Shown here in pieces: positions 1 through 8,012 of a stretch of 38,198 bases of DNA. A model generated the notes under the pieces. The model made no database searches, was not told where the DNA came from, and was given only the letters and a program-made list of their open reading frames with translations. The DNA comes from Alphaproteobacteria bacterium. GTDB lineage: Bacteria; Pseudomonadota; Alphaproteobacteria; GCA-2731375. The position numbers and the translations under genes are program-made. Position 1 is the first letter of the stretch; each line of letters opens with the position of its first letter. The stretch is taken from positions 1-38,198 of the forward strand of contig CBDDPY010000001.1 of assembly GCA_965232515.1 (NCBI GenBank), given 5' to 3'.

Positions 1-10
1 ACGAGCGGGG
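1..10. repeat. Terminal direct repeat (identical to 38189-38198) indicating a circular molecule
   Basis: ACGAGCGGGG at both ends; joining them keeps the 37792 ORF in frame to TGA at 102-104. Confidence 0.85.
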
Positions 11-104
11 GCTTTACGACATCGATGAGCGTCATTTCCCGTTGGCGGTCGTCCCTGGGGCCGCCGTTGCCTGGGGCGTGCCCTTGCCGCCGGCGGACGA
101 CTGA
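1..104 (+). CDS. C-terminal part of the hypothetical protein starting at 37792 (spans the circular junction)
   Basis: In-frame continuation ...DERGLYDIDERHFPLAVVPGAAVAWGVPLPPADD*. Confidence 0.75.
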   Translation, partial: ERGLYDIDERHFPLAVVPGAAVAWGVPLPPADD

Positions 105-497
105 TCGTCCAGGCCGGAGCGCGGTCGAGGGGCCGCGCTCCGGCTTTCCCTTTCTGGATTGATTGGATGGCGGCTGGAGGCGGCCGGCTCGCCCCGCGTG
201 GCGGGGCTCGCTGTTAAGGAGCGGCCTTGTCGGGGGCACTCGGTCCCGGCCGAGGCCTCCTGCGGGTGCCCTGTTGACCGCTCGCGGCCGCGCCGCGTGC
301 TGCCAGCTCGCCCGGCCGCCGGATATCTGTTTCCGGCGGTGCGGCCGGGCGGCTTTCCTGGCGCGCTGTTGTTCGCAGGCGCCGGCGTCGCCGGCGCCGG
401 TGCGGGATAGGGGGACTTTCCCTCCCCCTCCCGCGAAGCCCCGCCTCGGGGTCTCCCCATCCTTCCGCGCGGGCCGTGGCCCGCTTGTGCAGGACGA

Positions 498-524
498 CGC
501 GGATCCGCGTGCGCGGATGCTGCG
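498..524 (+). repeat. Palindromic motif GGATCCGC-GTGC-GCGGAT, copy 1
   Basis: 27 nt identical to 11823-11849; 18-nt core also at 37480-37497; variant at 21411-21428. Confidence 0.85.
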
Positions 525-647
525 TCGCCTTCGCTGCGCTCAGGTGGGCGATCCCCCTCCCCTCGCCGGCGCTTCACCCAACCCTCTCCCCGCTCGCCGC
601 GAGGCAGGTCCGGTTGTGCAACCGGACCAAACCCAAGGAGGGCGTAG

Positions 648-1115
648 ATGTCTCGCTACAACGACAAAAACCTCGACAACCTGCATGTCGGCTATCACTC
701 GCCGTGGACCTATCCATGTCCGTTCGCGGCCGGCGATCCCAGGGGCGATGCTTGGCGGGTTGGCCGGTGGCTGGCGGGCTCCGGCCTGCCGAAGCCGGAT
801 AGTTGCCATCAAGATCGTGTCCCCGTCACCTACGTCACCATTCTGGACGAGCACGCGCAGCCGGTCGAACTGCGGTGCGTCTGCGCGGGTGATTTCGTGC
901 AGATCGTGCCGGCCTCGACAGGTCTGCGGGCCGCGCCGCGCGATGCCGCCGGCGACGAACTGGTCTACCGGATCGCGCCGGCCTGGGCCTGGACGATCAT
1001 CGATGAGACCTTGGCCCTGGACGCCCGGTCTGCCGCCTTCGACGGCGAGCTACGGGCGCGGATCGCGGAAGCCGTGGCCGCCGTGGTCGATGCGAGCGCG
1101 GGAGGCCGGTCATGA
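648..1115 (+). CDS. Hypothetical protein (155 aa)
   Basis: AAGGAGG RBS before ATG; ATGA overlap with the next gene. Confidence 0.8.
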   Translation: MSRYNDKNLDNLHVGYHSPWTYPCPFAAGDPRGDAWRVGRWLAGSGLPKPDSCHQDRVPVTYVTILDEHAQPVELRCVCAGDFVQIVPASTGLRAAPRDAAGDELVYRIAPAWAWTIIDETLALDARSAAFDGELRARIAEAVAAVVDASAGGRS

Positions 1116-1897
1116 GCGATACCGGCCGCCCGGGCGGCGGGTATCGGCCCGCCGATCCCGCCCGTTTCATCAAACAGCTTGGCGACTTGGACCGCTCCAA
1201 GAGCGAGCGCGAGAAGTTCCGCGATTTGCTCGAATTGGCCTATTGCGCGTGGGCCAAGCTGACCGCGCCGGACAGCGAGCGGGCCGACGCCCTGGAGGCC
1301 CGTTATATGGCCGTCGTCGGCACCTATCGCGCCAAGGCCGACGTGCGGGCCTATCCCCGGTTCGTCGCAGCGGCGGCGGCGGAGGCCGCGCAGGGTCGCG
1401 ACTTTCTAGGAGAGGTAGCGGCCGAGCTTGGACTTCTGGACGCGCGCGCGGGCCAGTTTTTCACGCCACGTTCGGTCAGTCTGATGATGGCCGAGATCAC
1501 CATGAACGATCCCGGCCCGCTGATCGAGGCCGAAGGTTTCATCACGCTTGCCGAGCCGGCGGTGGGCGGTGGCGGCATGGTCCTGGCGGCGGCCGACGTG
1601 CTTGAACGCCGGGGCTACGAGCCCGGCCGCCACATGCTGGTGAACGCGGTCGATCTTAGCCCGCTGTGCTACCAGATGGGATTTTTACAGTTGACCTGGC
1701 GCGGCGTGCCGGCGCTGGTCGAACGGGCGAACAGCCTCAGCCTGGAGCGCTTCGAGGCGGCCTGGACGCCGGCGACGGCCGCGTTTTACGCCCTGCACGG
1801 CCGCTTGTTTCCCGAAGGCCAGAAGCCGGCCGCCGATGTGCCCGAACCGCCCCGGCGGTCGGTTCAACTCGACCTGTTCGGCGGGGGCCAGTCATGA
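1112..1897 (+). CDS. N6 DNA methylase-like (HsdM-like) protein
   Basis: GQFFTP and EPAVGGGGM SAM-binding motifs; no NPPY/DPPY seen; C-terminal QLDLF. Confidence 0.8.
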   Translation: MSDTGRPGGGYRPADPARFIKQLGDLDRSKSEREKFRDLLELAYCAWAKLTAPDSERADALEARYMAVVGTYRAKADVRAYPRFVAAAAAEAAQGRDFLGEVAAELGLLDARAGQFFTPRSVSLMMAEITMNDPGPLIEAEGFITLAEPAVGGGGMVLAAADVLERRGYEPGRHMLVNAVDLSPLCYQMGFLQLTWRGVPALVERANSLSLERFEAAWTPATAAFYALHGRLFPEGQKPAADVPEPPRRSVQLDLFGGGQS

Positions 1898-2796
1898 GCG
1901 GCCGCGCGGCTTGCCGCAGGTGCCCCGAGCGGGGCGCCTGCGGCGCGTCGGTGGCCATGTCGCCGCTGAGGGGCGGGCCGCTGGAGGGCGCGCGTTTGCG
2001 CGTCCTCTCCCTCGGCGCCGGGGTGCAGAGCACCACTCTGGCGCTGATGGCGTCGCATGGCGAGATCGGGCCGATGCCGGATGCGGCCATTTTCGCTGAC
2101 ACGCAGTGGGAGTCGCCGGCGGTCTATGAGCATCTGGACTGGTTGGCGAGCGGCAACGTCCTGCCCTTTCCCGTGATCCGGGTCACGGCCGGTAGCTTGC
2201 GCGATGCTATTGTCGGCAAGGCGACCGGCGGCGAGGGCCGCTTTGCCGCCGTGCCCTTCTACACGGCGGACGGCGGCATGGGCCGGCGGCAGTGTACCCG
2301 CGAATACAAAATCGATCCGATCCGCAAGCAGGTCCGCGCCATGCTCGGGTTGAAGCCCCGGCAGCGCGGCCCCAGGCGGCCGGTGGTGGAACAGTGGATC
2401 GGCATCAGCACCGACGAGATCGTGCGCATGAAGCCGGCGCGCGAGGCGTGGGCAGCGAACCGCTGGCCGCTGATCGAGGCCAACATGAGCCGGGCCGACT
2501 GTCTCGGCTGGTTGCGCCGACACGACTACCCGATTCCGCCCAAGTCGTCGTGCATCGGCTGTCCCTACCATTCCGATAGCTATTGGCGGGCACTGCGCGA
2601 CCGGCAGCCGGCGGCCTGGGACGACGCCGTGACGGTGGATAGGCTGATTCGCGCCAAGGGGCCGTTGCGCGGCATGAAGCAGGTGCAGTTCATGCACCGC
2701 GCCCGCAAGCCGCTGGACCAAGTGGACCTGACGACCGCCGAGGACCACGGCCAGCTTAGCTTTTGGGACGAATGCGAAGGGCTGTGCGGGGTGTGA
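1894..2796 (+). CDS. PAPS-reductase-like (PP-loop, probable Fe-S) protein, 300 aa
   Basis: SLGAGVQST, FADT, CTREYKI, WIGISTDE, KSSCIGCPY, C-terminal ECEGLCGV; ATG 1894 overlaps the upstream TGA. Confidence 0.85.
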   Translation: MSGRAACRRCPERGACGASVAMSPLRGGPLEGARLRVLSLGAGVQSTTLALMASHGEIGPMPDAAIFADTQWESPAVYEHLDWLASGNVLPFPVIRVTAGSLRDAIVGKATGGEGRFAAVPFYTADGGMGRRQCTREYKIDPIRKQVRAMLGLKPRQRGPRRPVVEQWIGISTDEIVRMKPAREAWAANRWPLIEANMSRADCLGWLRRHDYPIPPKSSCIGCPYHSDSYWRALRDRQPAAWDDAVTVDRLIRAKGPLRGMKQVQFMHRARKPLDQVDLTTAEDHGQLSFWDECEGLCGV

Positions 2797-2807
2797 CGCC
2801 CGGCTGT

Positions 2808-2823
2808 TGTAATGTGCATTACA
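2808..2823. promoter_or_regulatory. 16-bp palindrome TGTAATG-NN-CATTACA, copy 1 (parS/operator-like)
   Basis: The same 16-mer occurs at 14513-14528 and 19216-19231 in the opposite orientation. Confidence 0.75.
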
Positions 2824-3274
2824 GATCGCGCGGGCCGCCAGGAGGCGGCCCGCGATCCAGTTTCGCGACGCGCTGCCGCGCGTTGCGGGCGGCCTGAACC
2901 GCATTGGCGTCGAGGTCTTGCCGCTCGCCGTCCAAGAGATGGTCGAGCAGGCCCATGCGGTACAGCAGCTCGCTTGTGGCGGTGTCGCCGGTATGGTGCA
3001 TCGACGCTGCGGGCCAGGCGTCTAGGATCGCCTGGACGCCGGCGACGAAATCTGCCTCCGTATTGGCTTCCAGACAGACGACCGCGCGAATCTGGAAGCG
3101 ATAGGGATTGACCGCCACGGTCTGTGGCGGTCGCCCCCCGGGCGCGAGCACGATCTTGGCCCACCAGTGCCAGCCTCTGTCTGTGCTGATCACCCGCCAG
3201 GCGGCGCCCGCCGCGTGGTTCCCGCCCGGGCCGAAGACGGCACGCACGGCGGCGGCGAAATCCTGAGAGGTCAA
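2819..3274 (-). CDS. Hypothetical protein (151 aa)
   Basis: Last ORF of a four-gene minus-strand run; normal protein composition; TTG start. Confidence 0.65.
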   Translation of the reverse strand: MTSQDFAAAVRAVFGPGGNHAAGAAWRVISTDRGWHWWAKIVLAPGGRPPQTVAVNPYRFQIRAVVCLEANTEADFVAGVQAILDAWPAASMHHTGDTATSELLYRMGLLDHLLDGERQDLDANAVQAARNARQRVAKLDRGPPPGGPRDL

Positions 3275-3283
3275 GCCGGTGGG

Positions 3284-3472
3284 TTAGTTCAGCCGTGCGG
3301 CCGTGTCTTCGACCAGAAGTTCTCGCGCGAAGTCGATGATCCGGCGGCGCCGGTCGATGTCCTGAATCCGCGCGAACGATTTCACCAGCTCCAAGGTTTC
3401 TTCAGGCGGAACGGCATCGATGCCGGGCGGTACGTCACGCATCAGCCGGTGCATCAGAGTTTTGTCGGTCAT
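3284..3472 (-). CDS. Small protein resembling the C-terminal domain of alphaproteobacterial XRE (PraR/PhrR-type) regulators, without HTH
   Basis: EETLELVKSFARIQDIDRRRRIIDFAREL; start overlaps the PAS gene stop. Confidence 0.7.
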   Translation of the reverse strand: MTDKTLMHRLMRDVPPGIDAVPPEETLELVKSFARIQDIDRRRRIIDFARELLVEDTAARLN

Positions 3473-4029
3473 AAGGGTGCCTCCGAAGGGATGCCCGCGC
3501 CCACGTCGATAAAATCGACGTGGGCGACGGTGAGGGTTGAAACGGCGCCGAAATCCATCAGGTCGCGGCGCTCCAGGTCGAGGATGGCGGTATATGCGAT
3601 GATCTTGCTGGGGCGCCCCGTTTCGTCGAGCATCGGCAAGATGGTCTGTTCGAGATCGGCGCTACGGCCTGAAATGGTGCTGGCAGCGGCGCGGATCACC
3701 CCGACGCAGGGCGTGGCCGTGACCGCGCCATAGGCGTCCAGATATCGCGGGTCGTGATACGGAGAGCCGGCGAGATCGAAGGGGTCGCCGGTCAGGTCGC
3801 GGCCGTATAGGTCCGCCAGGCCGGTTCCCATGAGCCGCCAGACGAAGCCGCCCGCCGGCTGGCGGTCCAGCAGATGAATTTGCGGAAGTAAATCGGGAAT
3901 CATCGCAGCCGGATCAATCGCGGTGCGCGGCGGCACGGCCGAAGGCCCGCGCTGCGCCCACCAATACTCGTAGAAGGCGCGCGAATAATCGTCCCTCAAG
4001 CCTGCGGCGGGCGGCACGGTGGCGTTCAC
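3469..4029 (-). CDS. Stand-alone PAS domain protein (PAS_5-like)
   Basis: YWWAQR..VPPRTAIDP..LLPQI..WRLMGT..GRDLTG pattern typical of PAS_5. Confidence 0.85.
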   Translation of the reverse strand: MNATVPPAAGLRDDYSRAFYEYWWAQRGPSAVPPRTAIDPAAMIPDLLPQIHLLDRQPAGGFVWRLMGTGLADLYGRDLTGDPFDLAGSPYHDPRYLDAYGAVTATPCVGVIRAAASTISGRSADLEQTILPMLDETGRPSKIIAYTAILDLERRDLMDFGAVSTLTVAHVDFIDVGAGIPSEAPL

Positions 4030-4457
4030 TGGCGGGTGGCTCCGATCCCCTCATCCGGGCCATAGGCCAGCCAGAACGCCGCGACCTCCCAGAATCGGCT
4101 ATTCGCGTTGAGCCCGTGCTGTGCGGTCTCGTCGATACTGGCCTGGATCATCAAGGCGGCCCCGTCGCGGCCGTAGGTGGCCACGATGCTGGCGACGGCC
4201 GCGACTGGGCTGGTCAGGTCCCAGGTCGTGCCGTCAGAGTCCGCCGCGGCGATGCGGCGGCGATACAGCGCTCGCAGGACATCGCACCAGTATTCCGCCT
4301 GATCGTAGTGGCCGTCGCTGCACGCGTTCTCGTAGGTGCGCGTGGTAGCCTCGATCGCCGCCGCGCCCTGGCCGGCGTCCAGGGCGTCGGCCATCTCGTC
4401 AGGCGATGGGCGCTCTGGAGCGGCTGGCGTCGTGTAGCTGTGTGTGTGAGTCCCCAT
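4026..4457 (-). CDS. Hypothetical protein (143 aa, MGTHTHSY...)
   Basis: GGAG RBS before ATG at 4457; GTGA overlap with the PAS gene. Confidence 0.7.
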   Translation of the reverse strand: MGTHTHSYTTPAAPERPSPDEMADALDAGQGAAAIEATTRTYENACSDGHYDQAEYWCDVLRALYRRRIAAADSDGTTWDLTSPVAAVASIVATYGRDGAALMIQASIDETAQHGLNANSRFWEVAAFWLAYGPDEGIGATRQ

Positions 4458-4760
4458 GTCGTCGCGCTCCGGGCAAAGAAAAACGCCCGGCGATTGGCCG
4501 GACGTCGCCAGACCCGCGGAACCCCGACGGGGCGCGGGTTTTGGGTCCGAAGACCTTGGACAGCGCCGCGCCATCCGGCCACGACGTGGTCGCGACCGGG
4601 TGGGCTCCTCCGGGGGCTGGCGATTCCCCACCGACGGATTTGGCCGTCGGCGGCCGGAGAGTCGCAAAATTCCAATCGAGACGCAACTAGCGGCGGTGGG
4701 TCGGTTCGTTCTCTCGGGAGGGGGCTGATTCGATCCCTGTAGGGATGGGTCTCTTCGGGC
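4458..4760 (-). ncRNA. Putative structured 5' leader / attenuator
   Basis: About 300 nt with several GC hairpins, ending in a terminator-like hairpin plus U-tract (4475-4505) just before the RBS. Confidence 0.45.
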
Positions 4761-4765
4761 CGACG

Positions 4766-4794
4766 ATATAGGCCGGCTGGACGGTGGCTGGCAA
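4766..4794 (-). promoter_or_regulatory. Sigma70-type promoter TTGCCA-N17-CTATAT
   Basis: Matches the alphaproteobacterial housekeeping consensus and points into the structured leader. Confidence 0.55.
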
Positions 4795-5148
4795 GAGGGC
4801 CTAGGCGTTAAGTCACTGTAACGATTTTGGTTTTCGCGTTATGGCTGTGTTGTGGTGGGGTTGTAAAATCGAGTGCCCGATGCACCCTCTATCTCACGGC
4901 CGGGCATCGGGTGGCCGAGCTTCGGCCCGTCATCGCCGTGCAGGACGCCATGCGCGGGGTGATCGCGGACTTGGTGCGTCGTGACGACCTCGGATGGTCC
5001 CATTGCACTGATCAGCCGAGCAGCCGATCGACACGTAAGCGACGTGCTACGGGTTTCAGGCGGGCGTGATGGACGCTATGTGAGTTGTCCGCTATCCGGC
5101 GTTTGTCAGATGCGATCGGCTGCCGCTCCGAGAACGTGATGTGGCATT

Positions 5149-5200
5149 GCGCCCGGTCAAGGGCCTGCCCGCTCAAACGAGTTGACCCTTGACCGGGCGC
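5149..5200 (+). repeat. GGTCAAGGG...CCCTTGACC stem-loop element, copy 1
   Basis: 15-bp perfect inverted repeat with conserved loop CTGCCCGCTYAA; copies at 34931-34984 and 35529-35582. Confidence 0.85.
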
Positions 5201-5264
5201 AGGTATTGCCACCTCCGATCTCTTCGGCGTCAACCAACCGCATCTGACATAGAGGAAATCGGAT

Positions 5265-5543
5265 ATGTGCTCACAGAGCATCGACATCCCGAGCTGGCCG
5301 CCGAAAAGGAAATTCCCGCGTTCTAACAAGCTGTGGTGGACCGAGGCCGGTGATTGCTGGGCGCTGTTCAGAGACCACTCCTGCATTGCGCTTCTCAGGC
5401 CGCATGTGGAGGGTGGCGATGACGGCTGGATTACCGAAATCTGGCAGTTCGACGATTTAGGCTGGCATGGCGTCGATTGCCCGGACGTCGAGGGCGGCAA
5501 GATCATTCTGGAGAATTGGGCGCATGAAGCCGGCTTGGCGTGA
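5265..5543 (+). CDS. Hypothetical protein (92 aa, Trp-rich)
   Basis: GAGG RBS; follows the repeat element. Confidence 0.7.
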   Translation: MCSQSIDIPSWPPKRKFPRSNKLWWTEAGDCWALFRDHSCIALLRPHVEGGDDGWITEIWQFDDLGWHGVDCPDVEGGKIILENWAHEAGLA

Positions 5544-5560
5544 TGGCCGGCCGCTCGCCG

Positions 5561-5709
5561 TCTCCTAAAAACATTCGTTTCTAGGAGATCGCCGGCGGCC
5601 GGCCCGGTCATGGCTTTTTCGGTCCGAAATGTCTCCCAAAACCGTCTCTTGAAACCCGCTCTCCGAAAAGGTATGCTCGTAAACGTTTTTCGGAGACCGT
5701 GATTAGACA
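5561..5709. other. Probable res site for the serine resolvase
   Basis: AT-rich imperfect inverted repeats TCTCCTAAAAAC-ATTC-GTTTCTAGGAGA (5561-5588) and TCTCCGAAAA...TTTTCGGAGA (5660-5696). Confidence 0.55.
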
Positions 5710-5721
5710 CCGGAACTTGCC

Positions 5722-5958
5722 ATGACGATGATCGATGAGCCGGACCAGCCCGGCCGTGAAGCGAACGAGGCTTCGGAATGCGACGAGCGGCCGTCAACAT
5801 GGCTGAGGCGGCATCGTTCGGCGCTACTCGGCGGGGCGATGATCTTTGGCGGCATCGTGCTGATTTCCCTTGATCGCTGGGCCGCGTTTAGCTTCCTGGT
5901 CGTACTGCTGCCTTGCGTCATTTGCGGCATGATCGTCCTGCACCGCTGGCGCACCTAG
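5722..5958 (+). CDS. Small membrane protein (two hydrophobic segments)
   Basis: Hydrophobic stretches; LLPCVIC motif. Confidence 0.55.
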   Translation: MTMIDEPDQPGREANEASECDERPSTWLRRHRSALLGGAMIFGGIVLISLDRWAAFSFLVVLLPCVICGMIVLHRWRT

Positions 5959-5977
5959 CGCCGGGCAGAGCCAGGCC

Positions 5978-6658
5978 GTGCAGAACGAACCGGATTCCAG
6001 TGCGCCCCTATCAAGCCGCGATCGCCGGACTCGCGATGACTTCATCCGGCTTTTCGGCGGCGGGCGCTTCACGATCCGCGACCTTTGGCGCGAGTGGGTC
6101 GGACGAGCGCGTGGGCCGACACGGGATTTCGTCGCGGAGATGGAGACCGAGCTTGCGCGGCTGGCCTTCGTCGAGCCAGCCCCGGGCCCGCGCGGCGGCC
6201 AGGGCTGGCGTGTCCGGCCGGCGGTGGTGGACGAGCTTGAGCGGGATCGCGCCGACCAAGCGGTCTGGGTCCGGCAGCGTAACGAGGCCCACCGGCCGGC
6301 GGCCGAGGCCCTGACCAGCCGATATGCCGACATCGAGGTGGTCGACGACCCGCCGGAGGTACGTGTCGCCTATCCCAATCTCACCTTGCCGCCCAGGTGG
6401 ATCGATATGCGGTTGCAGGAGGTCACGGTCGGCGCCGTCATCGGGCATTGGTGCCGGCGGCATCGGTACAAGGGCATCAAGGCCGGCCGCCTGACGGCGA
6501 CGCTGACATGCGACTGGCGGTACGCCGCGAAGATGGCGACCGTCATCGCGAAGCTGGACGAGCTGGTCAGCCGTCACATCGCAGGGGCCATCAAGCATCA
6601 CCGGGGGCGCTTGGCCGAGCTGGAATCGATCATAGACAAGGAGAGTGAGGACGCATGA
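5978..6658 (+). CDS. Hypothetical protein (226 aa)
   Basis: Long ORF with ATGA overlap to the next gene. Confidence 0.75.
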   Translation: MQNEPDSSAPLSSRDRRTRDDFIRLFGGGRFTIRDLWREWVGRARGPTRDFVAEMETELARLAFVEPAPGPRGGQGWRVRPAVVDELERDRADQAVWVRQRNEAHRPAAEALTSRYADIEVVDDPPEVRVAYPNLTLPPRWIDMRLQEVTVGAVIGHWCRRHRYKGIKAGRLTATLTCDWRYAAKMATVIAKLDELVSRHIAGAIKHHRGRLAELESIIDKESEDA

Positions 6659-7401
6659 CGAGCTTCTATGACCTGCCGGGCGGCCGCCTAGGCGTGGCCC
6701 TCGACGCCGCCATCAGTGAGGCCGTGCGCAAGCCGCCGGCGCACGAACGGATTTTTTCTTATCCGGGGCTGATTGAAGTGGATTGGCAGCGTGCGGCCCA
6801 TTGCCATCATTCCAACGTCACGTTGGTCGGGACGATCGGCGCGATGCTCGATCCCGTCGCGGCCGCCGGCGCGCTCGGCAAAATCCGGCTGGCGTCGATC
6901 GTCGGTGGTGTCTCGAAGCTCGATTGGAATCAGAGCGCGCTTTTGGCGGCGGCGGCCGGCAAGCCGGGGGCCGAGCGTCTGCCGAAAAAGTTCTTCGCCG
7001 GCGCGGTCCTCGGTCTCATCGAGGCGGAAGGGCTGGAGCGCTATTTCGAGTTTGATGACGAGCTGGGCAAGGACCACTACGGCATCCGGCCGGCCGGCTA
7101 TGAGGAAAGCGAACGGGCTGACGCGCGGGCCTTCGCCGCTGGCGAGGATCTGGAGCCCCGCGATCTCTTCGCCGAAATGCGGCAGCGGGCCAGTCGCGAT
7201 CAGCTCACCCCGCCCGGGCGCGTGGCCCTGGTCGCGGTCATGGCGCTTTATAACGAGGATGATACGCGCGAGCGTTTCAAGGGCCGCGGCTGGAGCCTGA
7301 CCACGCGCGATTTAGGAGCCTATCTACAGGATCGTGCGGAGCGTCGGCCGGCTGCCTTCGAGAATCTGTTGCTGGCAATGGCCACCTATCATGGTTGGTA
7401 A
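6655..7401 (+). CDS. Hypothetical protein (248 aa)
   Basis: GAGG RBS; overlaps the resolvase start. Confidence 0.8.
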   Translation: MTSFYDLPGGRLGVALDAAISEAVRKPPAHERIFSYPGLIEVDWQRAAHCHHSNVTLVGTIGAMLDPVAAAGALGKIRLASIVGGVSKLDWNQSALLAAAAGKPGAERLPKKFFAGAVLGLIEAEGLERYFEFDDELGKDHYGIRPAGYEESERADARAFAAGEDLEPRDLFAEMRQRASRDQLTPPGRVALVAVMALYNEDDTRERFKGRGWSLTTRDLGAYLQDRAERRPAAFENLLLAMATYHGW

Positions 7402-8011
7402 GGCTTCTGCAGGGTCGGGCCAGGCCGTCGGCTATGCTCGGGTTTCCAAGCAGGATCAGACCCCCGCCTTGCAGCGCGACGCACTGAAAACAGCCGGTTG
7501 CAAGCGCATCTTCACCGAGCGGGCTTCCGGCGCGCAGCGCGACCGTCCGCAGCTTGCCGCCGCCCTGGACTATCTCCGCGAAGGCGACACGTTGGTTGTC
7601 TGGAAGCTGGACCGCTTGGCGCGGTCGGTCCGGCAGCTCATCGAAACGATCGAGGACCTGCATGAGCGGGGCGTCGGCTTCCGATCGCTCACCGAGGCGA
7701 TCGACACGACGACGAGCGGCGGGCGACTGGTGTTTCACATCTTCGGGGCCTTGGCCGAGTTCGAGCGATCGCTGATCCGCGAGCGGACGAATGCCGGGCT
7801 TGAGGCGGCCCGGGCGCGAGGTCGCGTCGGCGGTCGGCCGGTGTCTCTGGACTCCGAGGACCTGGTTGCCGCTAAAGCGATGCTGCTGAATCCAAATATC
7901 ACTGTCGAAGAAGTCGCTCGGCGCCTTAATGTGTCACCGTCCACTCTCTATCGCCATCTGCCCGGAGGCCGAAGCGCGATCGGCCATCCCGATTCAGCCG
8001 AGAAGACCTGA
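7391..8011 (+). CDS. Serine recombinase (resolvase/invertase family)
   Basis: GYARVS, LVVWKLDRLARS, AEFERSLIRER, GGRP and C-terminal HTH (VSPSTLYR). Confidence 0.96.
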   Translation: MVGKASAGSGQAVGYARVSKQDQTPALQRDALKTAGCKRIFTERASGAQRDRPQLAAALDYLREGDTLVVWKLDRLARSVRQLIETIEDLHERGVGFRSLTEAIDTTTSGGRLVFHIFGALAEFERSLIRERTNAGLEAARARGRVGGRPVSLDSEDLVAAKAMLLNPNITVEEVARRLNVSPSTLYRHLPGGRSAIGHPDSAEKT

Positions 8012-8012
8012 G

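Noticed and set aside
163-1605. 480-aa plus-strand ORF and similar long Arg/Gly/Pro-rich ORFs (1864-2904, 8824-10293, 9402-10337, 30569-32152)
   Set aside because: Shadow frames of high-GC DNA overlapping better-supported genes; no motifs
1112-2796. Complete type I RM or Dnd/Ssp phosphorothioation system
   Set aside because: No hsdR/hsdS and no dnd/ssp partner genes recognised
4811-4822. 11/12 match AGTCACTGTAAC to the 3' end of the leader-proximal spacer near a promoter
   Set aside because: PAM-distal only; no seed match
4827-5069. 80-aa plus-strand ORF
   Set aside because: Weak start, no RBS or motif; cannot be supported
7391-8011. Tn3-family transposon
   Set aside because: No transposase or 38-bp terminal repeats seen; more likely a plasmid multimer resolvase
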